Origin: an uncultured Atribacterota bacterium
GTDB taxonomy: Bacteria; Atribacterota; Atribacteria; Atribacterales; Caldatribacteriaceae
DNA: 64,000 nt
Direction: 5' to 3'
Assembly: GCA_964426875.1 (NCBI GenBank)
Contig: CAYRSB010000002.1
Coordinates: 56,155-120,154 of the forward strand
Shown here in pieces: positions 10,013 to 18,398 of this stretch. The notes under the pieces were generated by a model. That model saw only the letters and a list, made by a program, of their open reading frames with translations, made no database searches and was not told the origin of the DNA. Within the stretch, counting starts at the first letter, position 1. The number at the start of each line of letters is the position of its first letter. The position numbers were made by a program, and so were the translations under genes.

Positions 10013-10861
10013 ATGAGATGGCTCAGAAGTATCGTAAAGGGGGTTCTTGTGGTCTTAGTCCTCTTTTTCTTTCTCTTCCCCGTGTACTGGCTTGTCACCA
10101 TGGCCTTCAAAAAGAGCGAGGAGTGGTTCACCTGGCCCCCGACTTTTTGGCCCTCCTCCTTCACCTTGGGGAACTTCCTCGGTCTTGAAGGGGGATTTTT
10201 CGGAAGCGTCACCACCGCCATTGCCACCATTACTCCCTATCTCAGGAATAGCATCGTTGTGGCACTCTTTGTGGCACTCCTCTCCACGGTCATTTCGGCC
10301 CTGGCGGCGTATTCCATATCTCGTTTCAAGGTAGGAGGTATGCAACTTGTATCCTGGATTATTTCCGTTCGTATGCTTCCTCCCATTGCCTCTGCCTTGC
10401 CGCTCTATGTTATCTTTTCTCGTCTTGGCCTTATCAACACTTGGTGGGCCCTGATCCTCTCGCACCTTGTTATCACTACGCCCTTCGGTACCTGGATTCT
10501 CATCACCTTCTTCAACGAGATTCCCAAGGAACTTGATGAGGCAGCCTTTGTGGACGGGGCCGGAATATGGCAAAGCTTTTTTACCGTCATTCTACCCCTT
10601 GCCTCACCTGGTCTTGCTGCAGTGGCTACCCTCGCCTTTATCCAGAGCTGGGGGGAATTCCTCTTGAGCCTCGTCCTTACCACAGGCAAGGAGGCGCAGA
10701 CTCTGCCCCTCTACCTTGGCCGGTTCATCACCGGTTGGCGCATCGCCTGGGGGCCACTTTCAGCAGCAGGCCTTGTCACTATGCTTCCAGTAGTTGTCTT
10801 TTCTCTCCTTGCCCAGAGGTATCTTGTGCGGGGTTTAACCTTTGGAGCGGTGAAAGGATAA
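10013..10861 (+). CDS. sugar ABC transporter permease (MalG/UgpE-like)
   Basis: 282 aa with an EAA loop (EAAFVDGAGIWQSFFTVILPLASPG). No ATPase gene follows. Confidence 0.9.
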   Translation: MRWLRSIVKGVLVVLVLFFFLFPVYWLVTMAFKKSEEWFTWPPTFWPSSFTLGNFLGLEGGFFGSVTTAIATITPYLRNSIVVALFVALLSTVISALAAYSISRFKVGGMQLVSWIISVRMLPPIASALPLYVIFSRLGLINTWWALILSHLVITTPFGTWILITFFNEIPKELDEAAFVDGAGIWQSFFTVILPLASPGLAAVATLAFIQSWGEFLLSLVLTTGKEAQTLPLYLGRFITGWRIAWGPLSAAGLVTMLPVVVFSLLAQRYLVRGLTFGAVKG

Positions 10862-10909
10862 TGGTACAATGGAGTACGCAGTGAGTGCCGGGAAAGAGGG
10901 GATGGGACG

Positions 10910-11296
10910 ATGCTCAGAACGATCACTCTCACAACTACTCACAAAGAGGAGGTTGTCGACATAACTGAAGAGGTGGCGAAAATCGTCAAGGAGGCGGGAT
11001 TGGATGAAGCGGGGGTTTTTGTGTATGTACCCCATGGAGATGCGGCGGTGAACATTCAGGCGAAGAGAGCGACGTCATCCAATCCACCCTTGAACAGCCT
11101 TCTCAAAAAGGTCCTTGAGAAAGGGAACTTCGAGGAGCCAGAAACCGGTGCGGCTTTTGTTGCACCGACAGAGGTCCTCATCGCCTCAGAAGGGAAACTG
11201 CTTCTCGGGGAAGACCAGCGTATCCTCTTTTACGAGTTCAACGGGCCCAGAAAACGTTTCGTACACGTTCTCGTCATCCCCTCACCAAAATCCTAA
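10910..11296 (+). CDS. divergent YjbQ/UPF0047-family protein
   Basis: Family-like layout (ITLTT..VVDITEEV...GVFVYVPH....; LLLGEDQRILFYEFNGPRKRFVHVLVI), but the usual HTTA and GTWQ motifs are replaced by HGDAA and GEDQ. Confidence 0.55.
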   Translation: MLRTITLTTTHKEEVVDITEEVAKIVKEAGLDEAGVFVYVPHGDAAVNIQAKRATSSNPPLNSLLKKVLEKGNFEEPETGAAFVAPTEVLIASEGKLLLGEDQRILFYEFNGPRKRFVHVLVIPSPKS

Positions 11297-11444
11297 GTTT
11301 TCTTTTCTCGGGAAGAGCGCCCTTTTCTCTTCCTGGGAAGGACATCTCCGATTCCCCAGGCATCTTCCAGCACGTTCGTGTTGTGCCTGTGTGCTTTACT
11401 GAGGCTTGGAAAGACCCGAATTCCTGAGTGTAACCCTTGAGTCC

Positions 11445-11472
11445 TTGACGGGAAGGGTTTTGCTCCTATAAT
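11445..11472 (+). promoter_or_regulatory. sigma-70-type promoter (TTGACG, 16 nt, TATAAT)
   Basis: TTGACG at 11445-11450 and TATAAT at 11467-11472, upstream of the SorC-family regulator. Confidence 0.55.
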
Positions 11473-11517
11473 AGTTTTGAACGATTGCTTGGACATGTGT
11501 CTCAGGAGGGGATAGGA

Positions 11518-12513
11518 TTGATTCTCGAGGAAAAAGGCGACAAAGAACTCCTTCTTCTCTATGAAGTTGCTTGCCTGTACTATGAAGATGGTTTGACCCG
11601 GGAAGAGATTGCGCGGCAAACCGGGTTTTCCTCTTCCTACATCCAACGGCTTCTTGAAGCCGCCCGAAAAGAGGGCATCGTAGAGATACGTCTTGTCTGT
11701 CCGGCGCCATCTTTTGTCGAGCTTGAAAGGCAACTTACCGAGAGATTCTCCCTCAAAAGGGCCATAGTGGTTCCTACTCCTTCATCACCACCCTATTTCA
11801 TCCGTCGTGGTATCGGCAGGGCTGCAGCAAGGTGTCTTGAGTCTCTCTTGAGAGAAGGCGATATTTTGGGTATCGGTTGGGGGTGGACTGTCTATGAAGC
11901 CCTCAATCATTTCCAGAGGAAGGTTTCAGTGACCGTTCTCCCCCTGGTGGGAAGCATTGGGCAGGTGGATGTAGAGTTTGAGGTGAACGAGCTTGGTTAC
12001 CAGTTTGCCAAAAGAATTGGAGGTTTCTTTGTTCCCTTCTATACCCCGGCCCTGGTAGACCACGAAGACGTTGCTCGGACCCTTTTTTCTGACCAAAGTG
12101 TCCGTCGGGTAGTGGAGCTGTGGGATGAAATCAATGTAGCTATAGTGGGCATGGGAGACCCCCGAAAGGAAGGCTCTATTGTTCCCAAGTTTTTTCTGGA
12201 AGACCCTGTTTCCTCGGCCATTCTCAAAAGAGAAGGGGTAGTGGGAGACGTGTTGTACCACTTTCTTCGTGGAGATGGAGCTCTTGCTGATACAGAGTTT
12301 GACCGCCGGGTCATGAGTATCCCCCTTGATAAGCTCAAAGAAATCCCCTATGTTCTTGGGGTTGCAGGCTCCCTGGAGAAGGTGGAGATCCTTCGGGCAG
12401 TCCTTCGAGGAGGATACATTAATGTTCTGGTGACCGATGCAGAGGTGGCAAGGGCGTTGGTTGAAGGGAGTGAAAGAAGCCAAGAAGAGAGGAACGGAAG
12501 GTTGAACCATTGA
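11518..12513 (+). CDS. SorC/DeoR-type sugar-binding transcriptional regulator
   Basis: LLLLYEVACLYYEDGLTREEIARQTGFSSSYIQRLLEAARKEGIVEIRL plus a sugar-binding domain. The ORF is open from 11485; TTG 11518 sits 6 nt after AGGAGGGG and is the likelier start. Confidence 0.8.
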   Translation: MILEEKGDKELLLLYEVACLYYEDGLTREEIARQTGFSSSYIQRLLEAARKEGIVEIRLVCPAPSFVELERQLTERFSLKRAIVVPTPSSPPYFIRRGIGRAAARCLESLLREGDILGIGWGWTVYEALNHFQRKVSVTVLPLVGSIGQVDVEFEVNELGYQFAKRIGGFFVPFYTPALVDHEDVARTLFSDQSVRRVVELWDEINVAIVGMGDPRKEGSIVPKFFLEDPVSSAILKREGVVGDVLYHFLRGDGALADTEFDRRVMSIPLDKLKEIPYVLGVAGSLEKVEILRAVLRGGYINVLVTDAEVARALVEGSERSQEERNGRLNH

Positions 12514-12753
12514 GCGAGGTTGTACTTCCCGTGACAATATCGGGGGCGACGGAATGCCAGGAGATGGAAAGATGACGAAGGGAGAAGGTCGTGAGGCACA
12601 TCTTATCGTTCGGGTGGCCAGACCTTGAGGACCGACTCAGAAACCATGGAAACAGATGGGGAAATGGAAAGTTTCTGGGGGATATTGAGCAGGAAGGAGA
12701 GGCATAATTGTATGGAGAGTCTGCGTAGCACAGTTAGAAGAGGGATAGAGAAT

Positions 12754-14073
12754 ATGACCTGGCGCTTTCTTTTTATCTTTGGAGCAATTCTTCTTGGCTT
12801 CCCGGCGTTGGCTTTTGAAGATCCAAGGCATGTTGCTGAGGATTTTCTCGATCTTCTTCAAAGAGGCGTTTTTGAGGAAGCCCTGAACATGGAAGACGAG
12901 ACCATGCGGGAACTTCTTCCCAAGGAAGCGTTGCAAAAAATGTGGAAAAGCATGACGGAGGAATTGGGCAGGCTTGTAGAGTTCCGAACGGATAGGGTGG
13001 GGGAAAGGGGGGAATATCGCATAGTCTTCGTAGTCTCTCGTTTTGAGCGAATGACTCTAATGGCGCAGGTGGCAGTGAACGAGAGAGGCAAGATATCGGG
13101 ACTCTACTTTGTTCCCTTTGCGTCTGGGGAATACCCTCTCCCATCCTATGCCGGGACGGAACGTTTTATCGAGAGAGAAGTTACCTTCGGTGTTCCCGGA
13201 TCCGAGCTTCCCGGAACCCTCACCGTCCCAAAGGGTGGAGGCTCCTTCCCCTGTGTCCTCCTCGTGCACGGTTCAGGAGCTAATGACCGGGACGAAACCG
13301 TCATGGCCTGCAAACCCTTCCGGGACCTTGCCTTTGGTCTGGCCACCAGAGGTGTAGCCGTTTTCCGCTATGATAAGCGGACCTATGTGCACGGAATACA
13401 ACCTACCCTGTCTTTGCCATATTTTACGGTGGAGGAAGAAGTCATTGAGGACGCTCTTGAAGCTTTGAAATTCTTGCGCACACAAAAAGACGTCGATAGC
13501 AAGAACATATTTCTCCTTGGGCATAGCCTTGGAGGCTTTGTGGCTCCTGAGATTGCCTGTCGGGCAGACTTTGTGCGAGGAGTGATTCTCTGTGCCGCTC
13601 CTGCCCGTCCGCTTCACGAGCTTGTACCTGAGCAGATGGAATATCTTTTTTCCCTGGATGGGGTCGTCGACGAGAGAGAAGCCCGGATGCTTGAAGAAGT
13701 CCGGGGTGTTACCGAGAAACTCACTGGGCGTGTCTTTCAGCCCGAGGATTCTGTCCCTCAGCTGGGGGGATATGCCCGTTACTTTTATAGCCTTATGGAT
13801 CTTAAGCCTCTTGAGGTTGTCAAAAATCTCTCCTTACCCTTTTTGGTCATTCAAGGAGGGAGAGACTATCAGGTAAGAGAAAGGGATTTTCTTCTTTGGA
13901 AGGAAGCACTTTCTCTCAATCCGAGAGCCTTCTTTCGGTTCTATCCCTCTTTAAACCACCTTCTCATCCCTGGAGAAGGCCCCTCGAAGCCTGAGGAGTA
14001 CAAAAGACCTGGGCATGTGGACGAAACCCTCATTGAGGACCTGGCCTGTTGGATTGGTGAGCAGAAATCCTAA
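12754..14073 (+). CDS. secreted alpha/beta hydrolase with an N-terminal DUF3887-like domain
   Basis: ATG 12754 gives signal peptide MTWRFLFIFGAILLGFPALA. LLVHGSGANDRDE and the nucleophile elbow GHSLGG are present. The ORF track start at 12625 is less likely. Confidence 0.75.
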   Translation: MTWRFLFIFGAILLGFPALAFEDPRHVAEDFLDLLQRGVFEEALNMEDETMRELLPKEALQKMWKSMTEELGRLVEFRTDRVGERGEYRIVFVVSRFERMTLMAQVAVNERGKISGLYFVPFASGEYPLPSYAGTERFIEREVTFGVPGSELPGTLTVPKGGGSFPCVLLVHGSGANDRDETVMACKPFRDLAFGLATRGVAVFRYDKRTYVHGIQPTLSLPYFTVEEEVIEDALEALKFLRTQKDVDSKNIFLLGHSLGGFVAPEIACRADFVRGVILCAAPARPLHELVPEQMEYLFSLDGVVDEREARMLEEVRGVTEKLTGRVFQPEDSVPQLGGYARYFYSLMDLKPLEVVKNLSLPFLVIQGGRDYQVRERDFLLWKEALSLNPRAFFRFYPSLNHLLIPGEGPSKPEEYKRPGHVDETLIEDLACWIGEQKS

Positions 14074-14884
14074 CCTGAGAGAGGAAAACTCCAAGGAGGG
14101 TTGCGAAGGATCCAAGAATCTGTAACGGTTCTGGAATGTGTGTCATGAGGAGATACGTGAAGACATAGGCCCAGACCGGCACAAGGAGGGAAAAGGCGCT
14201 TGCGGTTGCTACTCCAAGGTTTTTAAGGCTCAGGAACCACAGGAGAAAGCCTGCCACCTGAGAGACAAAAGCAGTCAAAACCCCCCAGCCTATGGCCTCA
14301 AGGGAAAAATGAAAGCGAGCATCGACAAGGATTGCTAAAGGGGCCACGAAAATCGCCGAGAGGATGTTGAGGGAAGTGTTGAACTGGAGGACATCTTCGT
14401 TTCTGAGGTATTTTCGGTAGTACACGATGCCCGTGGCCCAGACAAATCCGGAGAAGATGGCCATCAGTACTCCCCGGTCAAAGTGCACACTCCCTGCCGA
14501 CACCACCACCCCAAAGAAAGCCAAGAGAACGCCAAAGATCTGTGTACCCTTGAGCTTCTCTCCGCTGCAACGCAAAAGAAGCATTACAAAAAGGGGCTGG
14601 GTGTAGACGAGGGCTGAGGCTAATGCCGGGTTGGTGCTCATCGAGACTGCTTTATTAACGAGGGTCACAAAGAACGCCCCGTTGAGTAGGGCTCCCACGA
14701 CTACTCGAGGAGTGAAAATCGGCCTTTGAGCAAAAAGAAGGAGGAAGAGGGCCCCTATAGAAAATCGCAAAAGAGAGAGGAGATAAGGAGACATAAAACA
14801 CAACGCCATTTTTGCTGAGGGCCAGGAGAATCCCCAAAAAAGGAGAACCCCAAGCATCGGGAGGTACCGGCGGAGAGCCCTCAC
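14030..14884 (-). CDS. EamA/DMT-family transporter
   Basis: 284 aa, about 10 TM, with two EamA-like halves. The 3' end overlaps the convergent hydrolase gene by 44 nt. Confidence 0.8.
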   Translation of the reverse strand: MRALRRYLPMLGVLLFWGFSWPSAKMALCFMSPYLLSLLRFSIGALFLLLFAQRPIFTPRVVVGALLNGAFFVTLVNKAVSMSTNPALASALVYTQPLFVMLLLRCSGEKLKGTQIFGVLLAFFGVVVSAGSVHFDRGVLMAIFSGFVWATGIVYYRKYLRNEDVLQFNTSLNILSAIFVAPLAILVDARFHFSLEAIGWGVLTAFVSQVAGFLLWFLSLKNLGVATASAFSLLVPVWAYVFTYLLMTHIPEPLQILGSFATLLGVFLSQVRISAHQSNRPGPQ

Positions 14885-14967
14885 TTCAAGTCCCCTTTTA
14901 GTTTTATTTTTAGTCTTCCATTATATCAGGCATGGCCCTTTAGAGTAATACATGCAAATTGCCTCGT

Positions 14968-15016
14968 CTAAAATCTTGACGAACTCCTATCGTTACCTAA
15001 CCTAAAAATCTTGACG
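14968..15016 (+). repeat. direct repeat CTAAAATCTTGACG / CTAAAAATCTTGACG, 34 nt apart, just upstream of the transposase fragment
   Basis: Copies at 14968-14981 and 15002-15016, read directly from the sequence. Possibly an IS end or promoter boxes. Confidence 0.5.
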
Positions 15017-15061
15017 TACATTATCCTGCCTCCAGGTGATTTTGAGGGAGGAGGTAAGGAA

Positions 15062-15247
15062 ATGAAGCTCACCATGAATACCAGGAGAGAAATTGTGCGG
15101 AAGATGGCACCAGAATACCAAAGAGCCACAAAGAGAGAAAAGAGAAAAATCTTGGATGAACTCATCCACCTCAAGGAAAAGCACCACAATGCTGACTTCT
15201 TCTGCTACATCGAAACTCCTGTCAGGAGCTCTAACTCAACCTTCTGA
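15062..15247 (+). mobile_element. N-terminal fragment (about 60 aa) of an rve/integrase-core type transposase
   Basis: MKLTMNTRREIVRKMAPEYQRATKREKRKILDELIHL matches the characteristic N-terminus (..RYRKASKKEKG.ILDEF..) of this transposase type. The frame collapses after about 40 aa, and a strong RBS (GGAGGAGG) precedes it. Confidence 0.6.
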
Positions 15248-15387
15248 GGACGGCCTTCTGAATTACTCTGAACCGATCCTTGACACCAAAATCCCTGTAA
15301 AGGTTCTCGGTAAGCGATCCTCTTGGGTAGTTGGTCTTCTCCTGAGTGACAAGGAACTTGGTGACGACAAGGAAGAACCGTTACGGG

Positions 15388-15558
15388 CTATGGAGGATCC
15401 TCGTCATCCAGCTCCTTCAGGAATTCAGATATCTCCTCAAGTTGCCACACCCTGCCGCATGGACATTCCCCTGCGTAGGTAGTTTGGTACTGCCCACCCA
15501 CAAGTTCAAGCTCGATTTGTCTTCCACAGAGGCATTTCAGGGATATTTTGGTGTCCAC
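15388..15558 (-). CDS. zinc-ribbon segment (CxC-17-CxC) with an acidic tail; probably the C-terminus of the upstream nuclease ORF
   Basis: (V)DTKISLKCLCGRQIELELVGGQYQTTYAGECPCGRVWQLEEISEFLKELDDEDPP. It begins 1 nt after the stop of ORF 15560-16126, and removing one G from the G5 run (15565-15569) fuses the two. Confidence 0.5.
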   Translation of the reverse strand: MDTKISLKCLCGRQIELELVGGQYQTTYAGECPCGRVWQLEEISEFLKELDDEDPP

Positions 15559-15559
15559 A

Positions 15560-16126
15560 TCAGTCCCCCTCTTTTGGCCCAAGCCGGAACCGTTCCCAGA
15601 GTTCATTGAAAGAGTACTCCTTAGAATTGTTGAGGCCCTCAAAAGAGTAAGTGAAGCACCGTATCCCCAGAGTCCAGTACCCTTGCAGAACCTTTTTGGG
15701 AAAACTCCCGGCGATGAGGAATCCACCCAGGCACTCTTCTCCTATTTCCTCCATGTAGATCCTGAGCTGATCCACATCTTTACGTTGGACCCTATTCAGC
15801 TTCGTTTCTACGATGATCTTCCGGGAACGTCCTACTGGTGAGCGATCCTTGATGAGGATGTCGATGTATCCCTCGGAGAGAGCTTTTTCCCCGAGTACCT
15901 CAAAATCCTCAGCACGAAGATCTCCAAGACCGCTGAGGTCGAAGAACCTCTGGAGATTTTCCTTGCAAGAGAGATGCCTCCGGACAAGCGACTGGAGAAG
16001 AAACTCCCTGAAGGGAAAGTTCTCCGGGGTTGATCCAGGGGTTTTCTTCCAGGCAATATATGGGGTGAAGGTACTGCAGTTGTCAGTGGCAAAGCTTTTC
16101 ACAGGCTTACGATACAAATCCCCCAT
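15560..16126 (-). CDS. PD-(D/E)xK (Mrr-like) restriction-endonuclease-fold segment
   Basis: [10 protein letters not shown], 13 aa, [21 protein letters not shown] gives the D...ExK signature. The 5' end abuts ORF 16099-16539 at a G5 run. Confidence 0.6.
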   Translation of the reverse strand: MGDLYRKPVKSFATDNCSTFTPYIAWKKTPGSTPENFPFREFLLQSLVRRHLSCKENLQRFFDLSGLGDLRAEDFEVLGEKALSEGYIDILIKDRSPVGRSRKIIVETKLNRVQRKDVDQLRIYMEEIGEECLGGFLIAGSFPKKVLQGYWTLGIRCFTYSFEGLNNSKEYSFNELWERFRLGPKEGD

Positions 16127-16539
16127 CCGGGAAACTGCTTGAAGAGTGGTCTGATTAGCCTGGAAGTGAGTCTTGCGGTAGCCACCCCGAAGGAGTAGGT
16201 TCTCGGCACGTAGGCAAGTTCGGGTCGAACCATGGACTCCGTAAAATCACGGATTAGTTTCAGGCGAAGGCGAAAGGGGAAGTAATAGGTCTTTCCTGAC
16301 ATCTGGAATGTGACGGAAGGCCAGGGACCGATGATGTCAACACCTTTGAGGGCTTCCTTTTCCTCTACCCGGTAGAGATTGAAAACTCTGGCACCATAGA
16401 GGAAGGAAACAAAGTCGCCCTCCTCAATGTCCACAAAGGTCCACAGTCCATTAATGCTGTTGGTGAACCCGGCGAGAGCGTACTCGATGCAGAGTTCAAG
16501 ATTTACTCTATTTGCGACTGAGAGAAGGAAATAAGCCAT
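16099..16539 (-). CDS. PUA-superfamily (EVE/ASCH-like) domain segment, N-terminal part of the nuclease reading frame
   Basis: [61 protein letters not shown] follows the usual EVE/ASCH-like pattern. One extra G at 16120-16124 gives ...[15 protein letters not shown].... Confidence 0.45.
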   Translation of the reverse strand: MAYFLLSVANRVNLELCIEYALAGFTNSINGLWTFVDIEEGDFVSFLYGARVFNLYRVEEKEALKGVDIIGPWPSVTFQMSGKTYYFPFRLRLKLIRDFTESMVRPELAYVPRTYSFGVATARLTSRLIRPLFKQFPGWGICIVSL

Positions 16540-16967
16540 GGGCTCTTTGGAATCTCAGGGTTCCCCTGCAATACACCGACGCCGAAGGAGCTTGGCCTCA
16601 ATCGCTGTCGTCCCCCCCCACCCACAAAGTAATCAAGCACGAGATCTCCAGTCTTAGAGTACTTGAGAATCACATTAAGGGGGATATAGGGAGACCAGTT
16701 CCCCCGATATCCTCCATGGTGTGTGGCCCAGTCTCCTCGCTGAGGATAACTCCAGACCGTGGTTGTTTCCTTCCGGAAATCCTTTGGCTCCCAGGAAGTA
16801 ATGCGCCAGGGACGTCCGAGTGTCGAAATGTTCACTCCGTACGTCTCGGTGATGATACGCTCAAGTTGCCGGAAAGTGATCCCGAATATTTCTCCAATCC
16901 GGGCATCGGGAAGTCCAGATTTCTTTGCTTCGAGAACGGCTTTCCGGAAGGTTTCTTCTCCATGCAC
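16503..16967 (-). pseudogene. truncated and frameshifted N6/N4 DNA methyltransferase (HTH plus motif I only)
   Basis: TTVWSYPQRGDWATHHGGYRGNWSPYIPLNVILKYSKTGDLVLDYFVGGG is followed by a G8 run. With G9 the frame reads GGGTTAIEAKLLRRRCIAGEP-stop (AdoMet motif I). No (D/N/S)PP(Y/F) catalytic motif is present. Confidence 0.65.
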
Positions 16968-17002
16968 CTCCCGGAGGTGTTTCTCTCTTGGTGTTCTCCC
17001 TT

Positions 17003-17352
17003 TTACACAAAAGAGCGTACACTACCAAATCGGGCATAACCCCCTATACTGACGAAGCGTGGCTCTTGCCCTCGAACATAGTTGTGGGAACTGATGTTTA
17101 CTGAGTGCACGAGGGGAAAGTTGGTGTGTCGAAAGAGGGGTTGAATTTCCCCCCAACAATCTTTCCCTCGAAATCCACAACCACCGTGTTCTCCCAAGAG
17201 AGAGTATCGTATGGGACACCACTTGGCTTGATAACCACAAGACTCTTCTCCCGATCGATACCACTCCCAGTTCCCCAGGCGGGAATCGTAAGACCTTAGC
17301 GAAAGAGTTCTCAATTTGTCTCCCAAACTTTCTGTTTAAGCTCTTCGAGCAT
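17003..17352 (-). pseudogene. araD: L-ribulose-5-phosphate 4-epimerase (AraD, class II aldolase family) pseudogene, 5' third only
   Basis: Minus-strand translation from ATG 17352 gives MLEELKQKVWETN*ELFR*GLTIPAWGTGSGIDREKSLVVIKPSGVPYDTLSWENTVVVDFEGKIVGGKFNPSFDTPTFP. It is collinear with E. coli AraD ([80 protein letters not shown]). It has two in-frame stops plus a frameshift and ends at the methylase fragment. Confidence 0.85.
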
Positions 17353-17354
17353 TG

Positions 17355-17816
17355 TTATTCCCTCTCCCAAAGTGCCTGGATTTCTTGAGCAAAGCGCATA
17401 GCATTCTCGAGATCCTTTTCGTTTGGTCTTCCTCTGTTAATACCACCTATAAGCCACAAGGGCCCAAAGGTATCAAGGCCACGGCAGGTGAAGCTTCCAA
17501 GAAGAACAAAACCCCGCTGGATCAAGAGCTCTTCGAGGGGGCGGTTATACTCTTTCTTCCCCAGGCCGCTTGTAGAGAAAATGAAGCTTCTTTTTCCTTC
17601 GAAAAAAGGAAGACTCTTCGCGAAGCGCAAAAGACGCCTGTGAAACTTTCCAAAGTAAATTCCTGAACCAAAGCCTACGAGGTCGCACGACAAGAGTTCT
17701 TCTTGTGAAACTTCCTCCGGCTCCTTGATAACGCCTCCCAGAACTCCAGAAAGAGCTAAAGCCACTTTGCGGGTATTCCCGTGATGCACCGATACCACAA
17801 CGATGAGGCTCCGCAT
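17355..17816 (-). CDS. flavodoxin-family protein
   Basis: MRSLIVVVSVHHGNTRKVALALS...CDLVGFGSGIYFGKF. ATG 17816 is chosen over the ORF-track start at 18086, which would run antisense through the PAS gene. Confidence 0.75.
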   Translation of the reverse strand: MRSLIVVVSVHHGNTRKVALALSGVLGGVIKEPEEVSQEELLSCDLVGFGSGIYFGKFHRRLLRFAKSLPFFEGKRSFIFSTSGLGKKEYNRPLEELLIQRGFVLLGSFTCRGLDTFGPLWLIGGINRGRPNEKDLENAMRFAQEIQALWERE

Positions 17817-17892
17817 ATTGTACCTCTTCTTGCCTCTTTTCTCTCCTTCTATTATTATTCTAAGAAAAAATATAAGAGAGGGAAACCTCCTC

Positions 17893-18384
17893 ATGGAAAT
17901 CCTTCGCCTTCTCAGCGCAACTTGGGATGGCGTGCCCGATGGGGTGAGTATCCTTGATGCTTCTTTCTCTGTAATCGCGATGAATGCCACCATGCGCACT
18001 TGGTATGCCCACTGGGCACTTCGCCAGGGAGTAAAATGTTTTGAAGTGTACCATGGACGGAACCGACCCTGTCCTCGGTGTCCCACGCGCTACGCCCTCA
18101 GATCGAAAAATGCAGCAACGGGGACCGTCCCCTATCATGGGCCAGGAGGAGAAATTAAGGGGTGGCAAAAGCTTACCGTTTTTCCTATCTGTACGGAAGG
18201 GGAAGTTGTTGGTTTTATAGAGTACATACAGGACGTTACCGAAAGGAAACACCTTGAGGAGGAAAGAGAATATCTTCAAACTCGTGTTCGGTTTATTGAA
18301 GGGGAGGTTCAGCTCCTTACTGCGCTCTCTCCCGTGAAAGAGAAAGACAGAAAGAGCACCTGCGTTTCTTCACATCGAATATAG
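17893..18384 (+). CDS. PAS-domain protein (probable N-terminal part of a PAS-LuxR regulator)
   Basis: MEILRLLSATWDGVPDGVSILDASFSVIAMNATMRTWY...IEYIQDVTERKHLEEE is PAS-like. Start ATG 17893 follows GAGAGGGA. Confidence 0.7.
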   Translation: MEILRLLSATWDGVPDGVSILDASFSVIAMNATMRTWYAHWALRQGVKCFEVYHGRNRPCPRCPTRYALRSKNAATGTVPYHGPGGEIKGWQKLTVFPICTEGEVVGFIEYIQDVTERKHLEEEREYLQTRVRFIEGEVQLLTALSPVKEKDRKSTCVSSHRI

Positions 18385-18398
18385 CACCGCTTTTTGCC

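Noticed and set aside
14030-14073. Convergent gene overlaps (hydrolase/EamA 44 nt; macro/rdgB 17 nt at 32530-32546; DUF72/HAD 29 nt at 42634-42662) as a possible sign of mis-annotation or antisense regulation.
   Set aside because: Both partners in each pair have family-typical C-termini up to their stops. Short convergent overlaps are common in compact genomes, and nothing further supports a regulatory role.
15093-15609. Plus-strand ORFs 15093-15482 and 15346-15609 as a continuation of the transposase stub.
   Set aside because: They show only vague resemblance to the expected transposase middle region. The opposite strand encodes a much more convincing CxC...CxC zinc ribbon contiguous with the nuclease frame. 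The call remains ambiguous.
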